Source of the DNA: Chrysomallon squamiferum
Lineage: Eukaryota > Animalia > Mollusca
Length of the DNA stretch: 64,000 nt
Direction of reading: 5' to 3'
Assembly (NCBI GenBank): GCA_012295275.1
Contig: CM022673.1
Location: forward strand, 7,378,001 to 7,442,000
Shown here: in pieces, positions 14,971-28,682 of the stretch
Position numbering within the stretch: position 1 is the first letter of the stretch
Layout: every line of letters begins with the position of its first letter
The notes under the pieces: model-generated
Databases searched by the model: none
Told to the model about the DNA's origin: nothing
What the model saw: only the letters and a program-made list of their open reading frames with translations
Position numbers and translations under genes: made by a program

Positions 14971-16781
14971 TGCGCCTGAAAAGAAAAACAAACAAAAAAT
15001 CAAAAAGAAAAAGAAAAAAAACGACAACAGTTACTGGTCTCACGGAATATCTAATAATATCTAATCACAAACGTTTGATTTACACAATATCAAACAAAAT
15101 ATCAAACAAAATATCAAATAAAATATCAAACAGACGCGTCATAAAATATCAGCCAAAAACTTCTCTCACAGAATATCAAACAAAAACCCAGGTGTCACCA
15201 AATGTAAATTACTGAATGATACTAACTGCGCTGTGGTGACTTTCTTTTCGTATAAAACTTTGTCAGTCTAGAAGCGATCTATCTTTCCATCAAATATTAA
15301 CGTGGAAAAATATCTGCGAAAAATTAAAATGATTTGTCTTAAATTATCAGTATGAGAAAATCAGTCTGTGTTCGTGTGTAGTGTACCAGGTCTATTTTTT
15401 TTTTTTTTGTCTAATGCTCTTGAATTTAGAAAAAGATGAAAATTAAATTGGGTTCTTCTTCTTCTTCTTTAATTCTGTTATGCACACATATTTGGTATCT
15501 ATTTTTGTGTAGCTCTCTTTTTTCTCTCTCTCCCTCCCTTTTTGTTTCTCTTTATCTCGATGTATCTATACAAACATACACGTACAGACTCACAAACACT
15601 CACACATACATACATTCTGTATACAAACATATTTACATGCATGCATAGTACACAGAATATACAGACAGAGAGAGAGACAGACATACAAACATACATACCT
15701 AAACACACAGATTACATATAAACCGTTCTGAGACATTCGCTCCGCATATATGTTTGTGGAAAAAATCCAACAAATATATATATATATACTAGCAATAGTA
15801 CAAAATATGGTGGAGCAGTGTCTAAAACGGTAGATAATTGAAATTGTGCTATGCGCAGAACTGATCCTTCTTTCAGTCATACTTGAAATCAGTGACGTAA
15901 ATACTGAGAATACGTTGAATATGTGACGCCGCGATCTCTACTGATAACCTAAATATACTTTTTTACAAATGAATAAAATACCTATTTTTCTATCTTCAGT
16001 TTAAAAGAAAACTAACAAACGTTTGATTTTTATTATACACGTCTTATTAAATGACAGCGATTTTGAAATGTATATAATTATATAATAATACTGATTCCTT
16101 CATTTAGAATTATCACACAGACACTTTGATTTTCATTCTTGTAAATTAAATTTGTCGTTCTTCTGAGACAGTCAAATATTCTACTAACGTCTGGCCCAGT
16201 ATGTAAAGTTTCTTAGACTTTAATTGGATCATTTTCTCTTTGAGCCATTTTAACACAACTGGCTCATCAAAGCTCACCCTGTTTGTTTTCCTGTCTGCGG
16301 AGAAATGTAAATAAGACAACTCTTCCTACTGTTCGATAACTGTAGTTCACGAAATAGTGTCAGAAATTTCCTTTTTTACTTGTATCGCTAATATACATTA
16401 TGCTAAAAGTTTACATGTATTGTAGCGTGCTTTATTCTATCGGTGATTAGGTAATAGTTATACATTGACAGTATTTAGATATCTCTAGCTGCTGGAAAAC
16501 GAGCAAATACAGGTGTCCATTTTCAAAAATCACATTTGACGTAGTCTATGTACATCAGAACGAGGCTGTGACACACACTGGTTAGAACGAAAGACTAACA
16601 CGTGACAGGACACAGAAACAGACCTCCTCAGCACGTGACACCGTTCAAGTCAGTAGCATATGATTGGTTAACAAAAACCAGTGGTACGTGCGTACGTGCC
16701 TGTGAAAATGATATATCTGCTCCTTTCAAATATTGTGTTTATGAATTTTAGTTAGTTCGGATAGAAAATTAATAACCTGCT

Positions 16782-16822
<41 letters not shown>

Positions 16823-19800
16823 TATTAAATTTAGTAAACATTTTTTTTTCAGTTTTAAAAATAGTTATTTTTGAAAAAAGTCTTTTTCAAATCACACACT
16901 ATAATCGTGAAGGTTCTTGCAATTTTTATTGGAGAACAAACATTTAAGTCTTTTAATAATGAAATAATTCATATATTTTACGTAAAATAAAAAAAATATA
17001 AAAGTCCATAAATTAAGTAATCAAGTAGTTTTATGTTGTGGACAATAACTTTAATTTAGCCGAGGATTAAAAGAAACAAAGAGAAATTTTTTTAAAAAAT
17101 TAAAAATAATATCAACGACAAAGAATCTGTATAATTAAAAAGAAAAGAACAACAGAAAACGCAAAATGTTAAAACAAAATATTTTTTAAAGAACAAACTA
17201 ATATTAAATAAAAATCAAATTTTTTAAATAGACATTAACGCGTTTTATCATCAGTTGAAAGATTAACACAGTGTCAATATTTTTCATCGATATTCAATTG
17301 TTCGACAACTGCTCGCCGGCTTGTTATTGTTTCACTGATCACAAACAAACTCGTCTTAAAAACTGCATCAAAGAAAACCAATTTTTCTTCATTTGTCCCT
17401 TCACACTTACTGAGTAAAACGTAAAAGGTTCAAACGCCATGAATTTCACGCTAAAGGCGCACCTTTTGTTTCAACAACTGGACAGATTTTTGAGACTGGA
17501 CATTCGGGTCCAAGGCCAACTACGGACCACCTGTGTCCGAAACCCGATCTTTTCAAGAAATGGTCAGTCGGCGTCCACCCGTGTGTCCAACTTTGTTCCG
17601 GTTAAACGGATCCCGTTTTTCTCCACAATCGTCTTGATAATCCGATCCTTATGGCGTCCATGTTTGCTGATTTACGATTCCACTACAAAAGAGTTACAAT
17701 CAAGGTCCGCAACTTCCTTCCGATATCGAAGCAGCTTTTACTGACCTTAGGCAAAATGTCAACCGTGTCAATGAAATTTTATCGTCTCACTTCTCAATTA
17801 GCAATGAAACGTTAATTTGAGTCGTTCTTCGCACACTCGTATATTCTGTTTCGTTTAACTGCCGTGTCATCGGCGCTCTATAATTTGTCGATGCGCTCCC
17901 ATCCCATTCAAGAGCAGATAACTATCTTGTTAACATCCTCGATCTCTGGGCCGATAATTCACGCATGACAGTGGGGGGAAGACTTCAGAATTCACTTCAA
18001 CAAAGCTCTTTAATCTCTTTAAATATTTCTGTTCATACAAATCAAAGCTACGGTGGAAAACTAAATGGTGTCGTAAATCTAAACGATACAATTCGAGTAA
18101 TTCTGAATCATGGCAAGCTAGTTAAGTTGTCAGAATGAGGTACATCTTCAGTCCTCAAGAAGCAAAATTGTTTTAAAATGTCAAAACTTGGCATACAGAA
18201 GAATTTTTTTTTTTTTTTTTTTTACAGATTTCGATTAAAGTATGATGACAAGATTTTTTTACTTGGATGCATAATATAATTGTTGGTTTCGTTAGTCATC
18301 CAGTCACTGGAGTGCTGATAAGTCACAAAATCAAAACTGCGTGAAATGTCAGTTGACTTTTATCCAGTTCTAGACTGTAACCAATATCTAATTTAACAAA
18401 ATCAGAAAAATAGACACTGGCTGGAACTGTAACAAAGACTGTGTTATACAATGTGTATGGGAAGGTGGTTATGAAAAATCCCACTCTGCCACTCGTGGAA
18501 CGAATAAAATATACTTCATCTCTCTTATCATCATTATTTAAAATCTATACGTCTGTAACCTGATAATCACTGGTATATGTTATCAATGTATTCATTCATT
18601 TAACCAAAACGTTCCTTATGTGAAATATATTCACTCGTTTCTCACAGAGATACGTAAATTATTTTTTAAGTAAAAAATTTGAAAAGCAGCATGCTTGAAT
18701 AAGACATTCAACAAATTTGCCCAAAACACGCAGACCAGTCGTAGATACAAATGCAATATTAGTCTGCTAAAAGCAAAACACGTTGACAAATACAAAAATT
18801 GTCATTTTTACTATTTGCCCTAACGTTTAATTTAATTCTTTGTTTTACTTTGTTTTGAAACACACTTGACATCGTCAATAGAAATAATGATATTGCTACG
18901 TTTTCTACGACATTTGCTGCCACTTCTGCTACTACTAATAATACAGTCACCGTCATTGTAACAACTGCTATTAAAACTAATATTACTACTATTGCTACGT
19001 ACTGTTACTGTTACTACTACTACAATTACTAAAATAAGGACTACTACTACTACTACTACTACTGCAACTACCGCCATCATAACAACAACTTATATTACTA
19101 TTTAATATGAATACTAACTATTAGCACTTCTATCACTATCACTGATACTACTACTACTACTATTATTACAACAACAACAACACCTACTACTACTACTACT
19201 ACTGCTGCTGCTGCTAATAATAATAATAATAATAATAATAACAATAATAATAATAATCATAACAACAGGAACAACAACAATAATAATAATAATAATAATA
19301 GTAATTCAATATGGAAAAAACTTTAGTTTACACAGTTCTGCTCTATCGACTATAAAGATAAAATTTTGAAATTTTTTTTTTAATTTTATTTGATGTGCAT
19401 TGTAGCGGGATAAAAAAAAAAAAAAAATTTAAAACAATAACTGCTAAACCGTAGCGAAAATCAGGCAGGTAAACAGAATAAATATAAAATTTTTGTAACA
19501 GCTTGTACTTCGCAATTTATTGTTATTCCGCTATAATTTACGCTTAGTGTCAATAAACCGCATTACGCTTGCTTCAATACTTCAGAGACCAATGCACTGT
19601 ATTAGGTTTTGGTCACATTTATATAGAAATAAAATGTACTATTGTATTTCACAATAAATATCGAAAGTTTTTTTTTTTATTTGTTTGTTGTTGGGTTTTT
19701 TTTGTTGTTTTTTTTGTTGTTGTTGTTGTTGTTTTTTCTTTGTTTTTTTACAAGGTAAGCTTAATTTCATTAATTAAAAGGAATAAAAACAAGCAAATTA

Positions 19801-20310
19801 TTAAAGCGCTAAATGACGCAAGTTGCAATTCATAACCGATGACTGAAGATGAAATGGGTTATTAAAATGCCATATGTTTCATTTTATTGCACGTTATAAA
19901 ACTTAATTTATTTATTTGTATAACATCTTTGTTATTTTTGTATTTATTTTTGTATTATTATTTTTATTATTATTTTTAATTATTTATTATCACCATCGTG
20001 GTCATCATCATCATCATCATCATCGTTATTATGATTATTATCATTATTGTTATTACTATTATTATAATTAGTTTTTTGTTGTTGTTGTTGTTGTTGTTGT
20101 TGCTGCTGTACAAAAACAACAATTTTTATAAATTATTAAAAAAACATTTAAAACATTTAAAAAAAACCCAAAACGCTATTTTGAAGAAGAAGAAAAAATA
20201 AACAGAATTTTGAAAAGAGAAATTTCTATTATTTCAAATTGTATTTAAAAACTGAAGGCCAAACGAAAGCAGTTTGCAATGTATTAAAACTTGTTTCAAA
20301 CATGCGTTCT

Positions 20311-20346
<36 letters not shown>

Positions 20347-20606
20347 CGAAAAACTTTCAGTTATCAATAAACTGGTCTGTGGGCTGTTTGTTTTTGTTTG
20401 TTTTTTTGAGATGTCAGCGAAATATATTTTCAGCTGTCAGTTAAGTCATGCATGTACCGCCTTATTCTGACACTTTTATACGTCAGTGCAAGCGACAGCA
20501 TCTCTGTGTTATTTCTTTATAAAACTAGAAAATGCAAAATAATCCTTAGGGAGCAAAGGTCAGTGGTATTATGCGAGTGATTTCGAAAGGGTTTTAAAAA
20601 AAAAAA

Positions 20607-20649
<43 letters not shown>

Positions 20650-20814
20650 CCTTGGAAAAGCAGACGTGTGTGTTTAGGATCATTGTTTCAGTTCGGTTAT
20701 TTCGTTAATTTGATCGATTTTTTCCATAAAACTTAAACGTTGGTTAATTTTGTCAGTACACAGACACGCTCCATCTCCGTTAGTCGCTTCCCGCGTATTC
20801 CATTGTTCAATAAT

Positions 20815-20846
<32 letters not shown>

Positions 20847-21072
20847 AACAATAATAACAATAACAAAATAATAATAATAATAGTAGTAGTAGTAATAATA
20901 ATAATAATAATAGCGACAACTACAATAATAATAATTTTAATCATAATAATGTGAAGAAGAAGAAGAAGAAGAAGAAGAAAACAAATTAGTGCCTGTTGTT
21001 TAAATATAGGAAAGGCTCGTAACTGTGATGCTATAATTATTTAATAAGAATATTTAACAGCACGGCAGAGCA

Positions 21073-21114
21073 TATCTATCTATCGATCTATCTATCTATC
21101 TATCTATCTATTTA

Positions 21115-21189
<75 letters not shown>

Positions 21190-21192
21190 GCC

Positions 21193-21225
<33 letters not shown>

Positions 21226-21260
21226 GGCTGGCTGGCTATCTGTCTGCCTATCTGTCTGTC
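21073..21260. repeat. Compound (TCTA)n-(TCTG)n microsatellite
   Basis: Directly visible. Confidence 0.95.
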
Positions 21261-21767
21261 GATGTCTCTCCCTCTGTATCTATTTAGAAATTTTCTCTCT
21301 CTCTCTCTCTGTCTCTTTCTATTTGTTTATCTGTCTTTTTATACCAGTCTATCTGTCTGTCTTTCTAAATATGAGTATCTCTATATATTATTCCATCTCT
21401 TTCGTTTTCTCTCTCCGTCTGTCTATTTCTCCCTATAAATCTCTGTAACATACGAACGTGAAGATATATAGCCAGACATAAAGCACATTATTTTGCTTTT
21501 GAGAAGCCAACCACACTTGTCGTGGGCAACCGAGAGCTAAAGTAACTAAATATTTGTCTACGCATTACCGTGTGAAACAAATTAACCTTTTGTATTTCAT
21601 TTTATAAATTACTGAGAAGAAAAGAAGGAAAGAAACAGAGAAATATATATTAGTGTTCTTAAAATTATTTATGTCTATAAATCCAAGTAAAACCCAGAGT
21701 AATATAATTATGGTAATTCGAAAAAAAAAAAAAAAATGACAAAAAAAAAAAAAAAAAAAAAAAAGGA

Positions 21768-21839
21768 GGCCTTGACCGTGATTCGAACCCAGGACCTCCA
21801 GCACTCTAAGCGAGAACCATACCCCTAAACCAACATCTT
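21768..21839 (-). pseudogene. tRNA-Pro-derived pseudogene (anticodon mutated to AGA)
   Basis: Aligns without gaps to 13752-13823 at 59/72 positions. The acceptor stem is destroyed and there are mismatches in the anticodon and T stems, but the B box GGTTCGAATC is retained and a long T run follows on the - strand. Confidence 0.88.
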
Positions 21840-21882
21840 ACGTTTGAAATCTATACCTTTTCATTAGGGTAATCTCTCTCTC

Positions 21883-22000
<118 letters not shown>

Positions 22001-22029
22001 CATACATCAAACATGCTGCTAATATTGCT

Positions 22030-22310
22030 ATAGTACCTGTAGTGATAATAGTAATAGTAGTAATAGTAAAAGTAATAGCAGTAGTAGTAATAGTAATAAT
22101 AAAAATAATACTAGTAATAGTAACAGTAGTAATGAAAGTTGTAGTAGTAGTGGTAGTAGCAGATGTAGCAGTAGTAATGGCTGTAATAATATTAATCGTA
22201 GCAGTAGCAGTAGTAGTACCAGTAGCAGTAGCAGTAATAGCATTAGTTATGACAGCAGTAGCAATAGTAGTAGTAGTAGTAGTAGTAGTAGCAGCAGCAG
22301 CAGCAGTTGT
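22030..22310. repeat. Degenerate (GTA/GCA/ATA)n trinucleotide low-complexity tract
   Basis: Directly visible. Similar tracts lie at 18940-19300 (opposite orientation) and 63640-63780. Confidence 0.9.
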
Positions 22311-22789
22311 TTAAAATGTCGTTTACTGATAATATCTTCGTAAAAAACAAAGTCGTCACCCATTCAAAACTAAGTGATATTCATCAAATGTCTCTCCATC
22401 ACCTGGACATGAACGATCATCAATCGTGATTTATTTTACAGCGAGACAAAACAGTGATTTCCAGCACACTTATCTGTCCTGTACAACAATGAGCCATAAA
22501 TATTAAATAATTTCCATTCAGTTCACCAACACATGTTTCACACACTGATTTGCTTCAAAATACATACATTATGTTTAACGAATTTCGTCCTATTATTGTT
22601 CTAAATCATGTTTTATTAATGCCCAGGCTTATAAATATAGATGGATATAGTTCAGCCGAAACTATAATTTTGCTTGTCAATCTATACATGTGCGTTTTGG
22701 CTCAAGTCAATTTAGATTTCCGTGTAAAACTTGGCGCTGTTTCTGTTTGCCGACTGCAACAGATGTTGTATTATATCAGTGTAATCCGT

Positions 22790-24600
22790 AATCATTCTTA
22801 CCTGATACTACAGCGTGTATATTAGTTTTCGTTTTGTGAGATAGACGTACTGATCTGTTATTTTTCATTTTCACTTCTGTGTCCGTTAGGTTATTATTGC
22901 CTTTTCAGTTTTACTGTAGTCATTTTACCTGATACTTCAACGTGTATATTAATTTCCATTTTGTGAGATAGACGTACTGAACTGTTAGGTTTCATTTTTC
23001 ACTTCTGTGTCCGTTAAATTATTACCTTTCGGTTTTAGTTCACTGTAATCATTTTTACCTGATAGTACAGTGAGTATGTTAGTTTAATATACTAGTTTTC
23101 ATTTTGTGAGACTTGCGTATTCATCTGTTAGTTTTCACTTTCAATTCTCTGTAGTTAATTTGTCTGATTTTTTCTTCATTTCATGTTACGTGACTGTATT
23201 TTTTAGTTTTAGTTTACAATAGTTTTAGTTTTCATTTTGTGTTTTAGTTCATTCAAACTTTTTCACTTGGCAGTACAATGAGTTTATCAATTTTTATGTT
23301 GTGTTATAGACACTGTCGTATTAGTTTTTGTTATCTTTCGTTATCATTTTACAGTGAGAATATTCATTTTAATTTTACGTGATATCATTTTTCTGTTTTA
23401 ATTCACTGCCGTTATTTTATTGGATTTTTCAATTCTAACATTTTGTATGATAGACACAGTGGCATATCAGTTTTCACTTTCAAAATTTTGTGTAATTATT
23501 TTACATGATTTTTCTGTATATTAGTTTTTGTTTTGTGTGACATTATATTTCAGTTTTAGTTCAGTGTAATTATTTTAGAATGAGTTTATACGCTTTCATT
23601 TTGCGTGACAGCCACATTGGAGTATTCGTTTTCACTTTCAATTTTCTGTAAATAGTTGACGTGATTCTTCTGTGAGTGAATCAGTTGTCGTTTTATGTGA
23701 CATTATATTTCACTTTTATTCGCCTGCAATTATTTAACGAATGAATATATTTATTTTCATTCTGCTTGATAGCTGTATTCGTGTATATCAGTTTTCATTT
23801 TCAATTTCCTATCAGTGGCTTGCATCATTCAGCTGTTCATATATGATACTAAAAAACCACATATTGGTATTTTATACTGTACAATGAATATATGAATAGA
23901 TTATCTTTATTTCAGTATTTCCTTTTTGAGTGTTATATTTTATGATGTAATATTTTTATAAGTGTATCAGTTTTCATTTTGACATTACAGAAGTAATGAA
24001 ATATTATTTTTCAGTTTCAGTTATTTTTCAATTATTTTTGCTTGATTCACTCTCAGTTCTCTATAATTATTTTGCTAGTTACTATCAAAAATATATTAAT
24101 TTCCTCTGAAGTGTGGATATTCAGTTTTAACTTTTAGTTCTTTATAAGTGTTAGATATCTAATGTGATCACATTAGTTTTCATTTTACATAATAAACATG
24201 TGTTATCAGTTTTCATTTTCATTTTTCTTTTGATACTAAAAGAGTTAATGATGAATTTTTATTTCATGTGTGACTATATTAGTTTTCATTTTGTTTTCAT
24301 TTAAAACTATAATGCATGAAACTGCAGCGAGTATATGCAATTTCATTGCTGTGTGTTGACAGTATGTAATAGTTTTCGCTTTCACTTTCTGTTAAAAGAG
24401 TTTAGTAGTACTATGAGTTTTCACTTTCAATTATTTTGCATAAAAAATACAGTAAACTTAAGAGATTTTTTTCGATAAACTCACCTGATAAAATATTTCA
24501 GTTTTCATTTTCATTTTTTTCAATTTTTTTTTATCTATCTGATACGGCAGTGAATATATTAATTCCATTCTCTTAATTCACATGATGAATGTGATATTAG
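22790..24600. repeat. Degenerate satellite-like array with ~40-bp subunits (AGTTTTCAYTTT core) and ~128-bp / ~160-bp higher-order units
   Basis: Near-identical ~128-bp units start at ~22792, ~22920 and ~23049. Recognisable ~160-bp periodicity occurs at ~23469, ~23627 and ~23790. The array decays toward 24.6 kb. Confidence 0.8.
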
Positions 24601-24816
24601 TTGTAGCTAAAAAAATGTTTGGATTATTTTAACAAACATACGATGAGTCTGTTACTTAACAATTTAACAATTAGTGTATTAGTGTTGTGTTAAATTAATT
24701 TTTAAGTGAGGTTATTTCAAGAACATTAATGAATATACTGGGCTTAATTTCTTTAAGTTCAGAACGATGGTAAGCAATATAGAAATTGCTTAAAACGTTT
24801 TATAATTAATCAGTCA

Positions 24817-24860
<44 letters not shown>

Positions 24861-24892
24861 ATAATAACGGTAAATGTTTTGTTTCGAAAGTT

Positions 24893-24952
24893 TGGCTTGT
24901 TCGAGATTTAAACCCAAGAGCTCTCGGACACAAACCAATAACATAAACTACA
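24893..24952 (-). pseudogene. Heavily decayed tRNA-Pro remnant
   Basis: tggcttgttcgagatttaaacccaagagctctcggacacaaacc aligns to gggcttgtccgggattcgaacccgggacctctcgcaccctaagc (~35/49 over the 3' two-thirds of the tRNA). About half of the changes are C>T/G>A. Confidence 0.6.
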
Positions 24953-26098
24953 AATAATATAACATTATAAATATGAGTGTGTGTGCAAAGTATAAGAAAA
25001 TAAAAAAATATGTTTCTATTATACGAAACTACGGGGGGGGATTCAAAAGAATAAAACCCCACAACAATAAGAACAAAAAACCCCAAACAAACAAACAAAC
25101 AAAACGCAAAGAAGAAAGAAACGCGATACCATAACGCGGAAACGTTTGCTACTTTACATCGCACTAGTCAGGAAAGTACACATCATAACTTTTATCAGCT
25201 ACTGTCTGAAAATGGATGGAATGAGAAGCAGCATAATGGGTTTATATACAAGAGATTTGATTCTTACATAAGACTCAGAACTTGATCGTATAACTCTATC
25301 AGCTAACTACATCATGAACCTATAATAATAGTATGTATGGAAGGATGCACACATGCATGCATGTATGGATAGTTTGATGTATGTGAGCATGAATGTATGT
25401 ATGTATGTATGTATGTTTGTGTGGACGGATGCGTATACGAATGATGAATTATCAATAAATGGGTTTAAGAGAATATAAAAATTAATCTGTCTCCGTATTT
25501 CAGCCAGTTTGTGCATATTGATAAAAGAATGTGTGTTATTGTGATTAAACACTAGAAATGATTTTCGTATTAAGTGAATGTTGACATCACATTAATAATA
25601 CTGGCGATATTTTTATGTGCTAGGTCGATAAACGCATTTTAGTTTTCTTCAGTAAATGTTGTAACATGTGGAACTAAATCACTATGTCAGACAATACTTT
25701 TGTTGCTTTAAGAAACTCTCGGCATAACGGTTATGCAAGCTGTTGTCAGGACACGTAATTCCGGAGAATAATCTGAAGTGGGATGCAGTCTTCCTGAGAA
25801 AAGTTACCGATTCCGAAATGTTTCGTGTATTTGTATGTTCGTTTTTGTTTCCGTATGTATGCATGTTAGAGTTTATGTTTCTATGTGTATATATATATAT
25901 GAATGTGTTTGTCTATTTATGTATATATATATGTATGTGTGTGTGTGTGTGAGGGGATGGGGGTGGGGGTGCATGGGTGTGTGTATGAGAAAAATTAAGA
26001 ATGTAGGTAGGTAGCTGAAAAGAAGGTATATCTGCGTGTATCTCTAATATACGTATGTTAATGTATTTGTGTAAATATGCATATGTATGTGTGGATGG

Positions 26099-26384
<286 letters not shown>

Positions 26385-26639
26385 CAAGACTTTTTGTTGT
26401 TGCATATATTACGACAATGCGCAGGTCTGTCTGTCATTTTCATTGTCTGTGTCTATAAATATTACATACAACAAAACAGTTAAACGTGTATAATAAACAT
26501 TATGGTTTTGTTTATTCTGTATTCTGTGAATACACGGCGACACACGCTGGTGGTCACTTCACGAAACAACACCTCCTTTGTCACGTTCTGGCCACGTGAT
26601 TTCATTCACCTATCAAAAGCTTTTCATTTATTCTTATTC

Positions 26640-26718
<79 letters not shown>

Positions 26719-27031
26719 ATATAATTGTTCTTATTTGAATTCATGTAAATGACTGCTTAAATTTCCAAAAGATAACGGTGAGTGTACGCATGCGTGAATA
26801 ACGCGCGAGACACGTGTTGCACGTAATTGTTTAATAACCGTAACGCACGTGGAAAATACCGAATTATGTTTATGCAACAACAGTGCACAGCGTTAGTGAC
26901 GTGATTCGGTAATTAATGGACCGCACAAACATACAGATACAGGGACAGACATACGGATATACAGACAGAATCAAAAGTGCAAGCTGGCAGTAGTGTAAAC
27001 AATAATTATCTACAATGAATACGTCATAATC

Positions 27032-27092
<61 letters not shown>

Positions 27093-28009
27093 AAAATTAT
27101 CATATTTTTTGTAATCCTTATAAATAAAAGTCGAGTTTGATATTTTTTGCATTAAAAAGTGATGAATTTTTTGTTGTTGTTTGTTTGTTCTTTTTAATTA
27201 TTATTATTATTTTTATTTTTTTTTAACTTAAACTATTAATAAATACATGTGTGACATTTGGAAGTAACAACTTGCTGTATAAATACACTTTAGATTTTCT
27301 CATTCAAACAGGTTTCTACTGTAATTACGTAGTTAAAACTTTCTAAAGCTAAAAACGATCCTAGAATAAGAAGAAATGCGATAATATAAGGTTTAATCAA
27401 ATAACATTGTGTAGTTTTAAAAATTGCAAAAGAATAAGAAAAAAAACGTAATAGCAAAAGAGTTAATTAAACAACGTTTAAAGTTTTAAGAATCACAAAA
27501 GATCAGTTATGGCCTAACTTCTGGACACACACACACACAGAGACACACAGACACGCACACCCACACACATTCACACATACGCACACACACACACAGACAC
27601 ACACACACTCGTACACAAACGGACGCACACACACACACACAACACTTAACAACTGTAACTTCAGATCTGTGTTTGTGACAAGCTTTTTCCAGCCGAACAG
27701 GTCCACTGGGAGCAATCGTCATTAGAATAAGATGTTTATTTTTCCATTACTCAACAGTGACGTGCTGCACGCAGCTTGCAAGACCACTCAGAAAGCAGGG
27801 TTACTTCGGGCGATCGCCCAGCGGGAAGCCAGGAGGCCAATGAATTCACAAATCGAAACAAATTATCGAGACTAATAACGGAGCCATATAGTTGGTCATG
27901 TTTACAATGCACGGTCATAAAAATCCATTAAGTTCTCTCATTGGTCAATAGAAATCTACGGCAGCTGAGGATGACAGCTCGTTTACTGGTGAATTCCATG
28001 AGGTTAAGA

Positions 28010-28045
<36 letters not shown>

Positions 28046-28393
28046 GCGCGCGCGCGTCGACTGCATTCTGAAATTGACCGCGTTCGAAACAAATTGAAAA
28101 TCCGGACACGCCCGTTTCGCAAGCAGCAAACGCATTGCACGGTCGTTATCGTCAAGCAGTTTATGAATGTCTTCTACCAAAAAAAAAAAAAAAAAAAAAA
28201 AAAAATGACGAAAAAAATTTAATAATAATAATAATAATAAAATTCAGCATAAATCGTAAAAAACATATATTAAGGATTTAGCCGATAATGTTTTCGATTA
28301 TTTGTCACAGATGATGTTTCTTATAGGCATTTTTTTTTTTTTTTTTTTTTTTTTTACATTTTTATTCAGGTTTTGATTTTTTTTAATGATATT

Positions 28394-28461
<68 letters not shown>

Positions 28462-28650
28462 CCTTTCGTCCAGCGTGTGTGAAATCAGGTGCAAATATAC
28501 CCTTCGTGTCAAATAAGTTTTAGTTTAAAAAATATTTAAATATATATATAATAAGAAAGAAAGAAAGAAAAACAATATATACCACAAAAAATAAAATAAA
28601 TTTAGAAAAAAACAATAATAATAATAATAACAATAACAACAACAATATTC

Positions 28651-28682
<32 letters not shown>

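Noticed and set aside
17439-17744. 101-aa non-repetitive ORF in a GC-richer island
   Set aside because: There is no recognisable domain in the frames I translated and no convincing splice sites. It is treated as non-coding pending a BLASTX search.
19395-19410. Partial matches to conserved miRNAs (GTGCATTGTAG here; AGATATGTTTGA at ~4503)
   Set aside because: Only 11-12 nt match miR-33 or miR-190, and I see no complementary hairpin arm.
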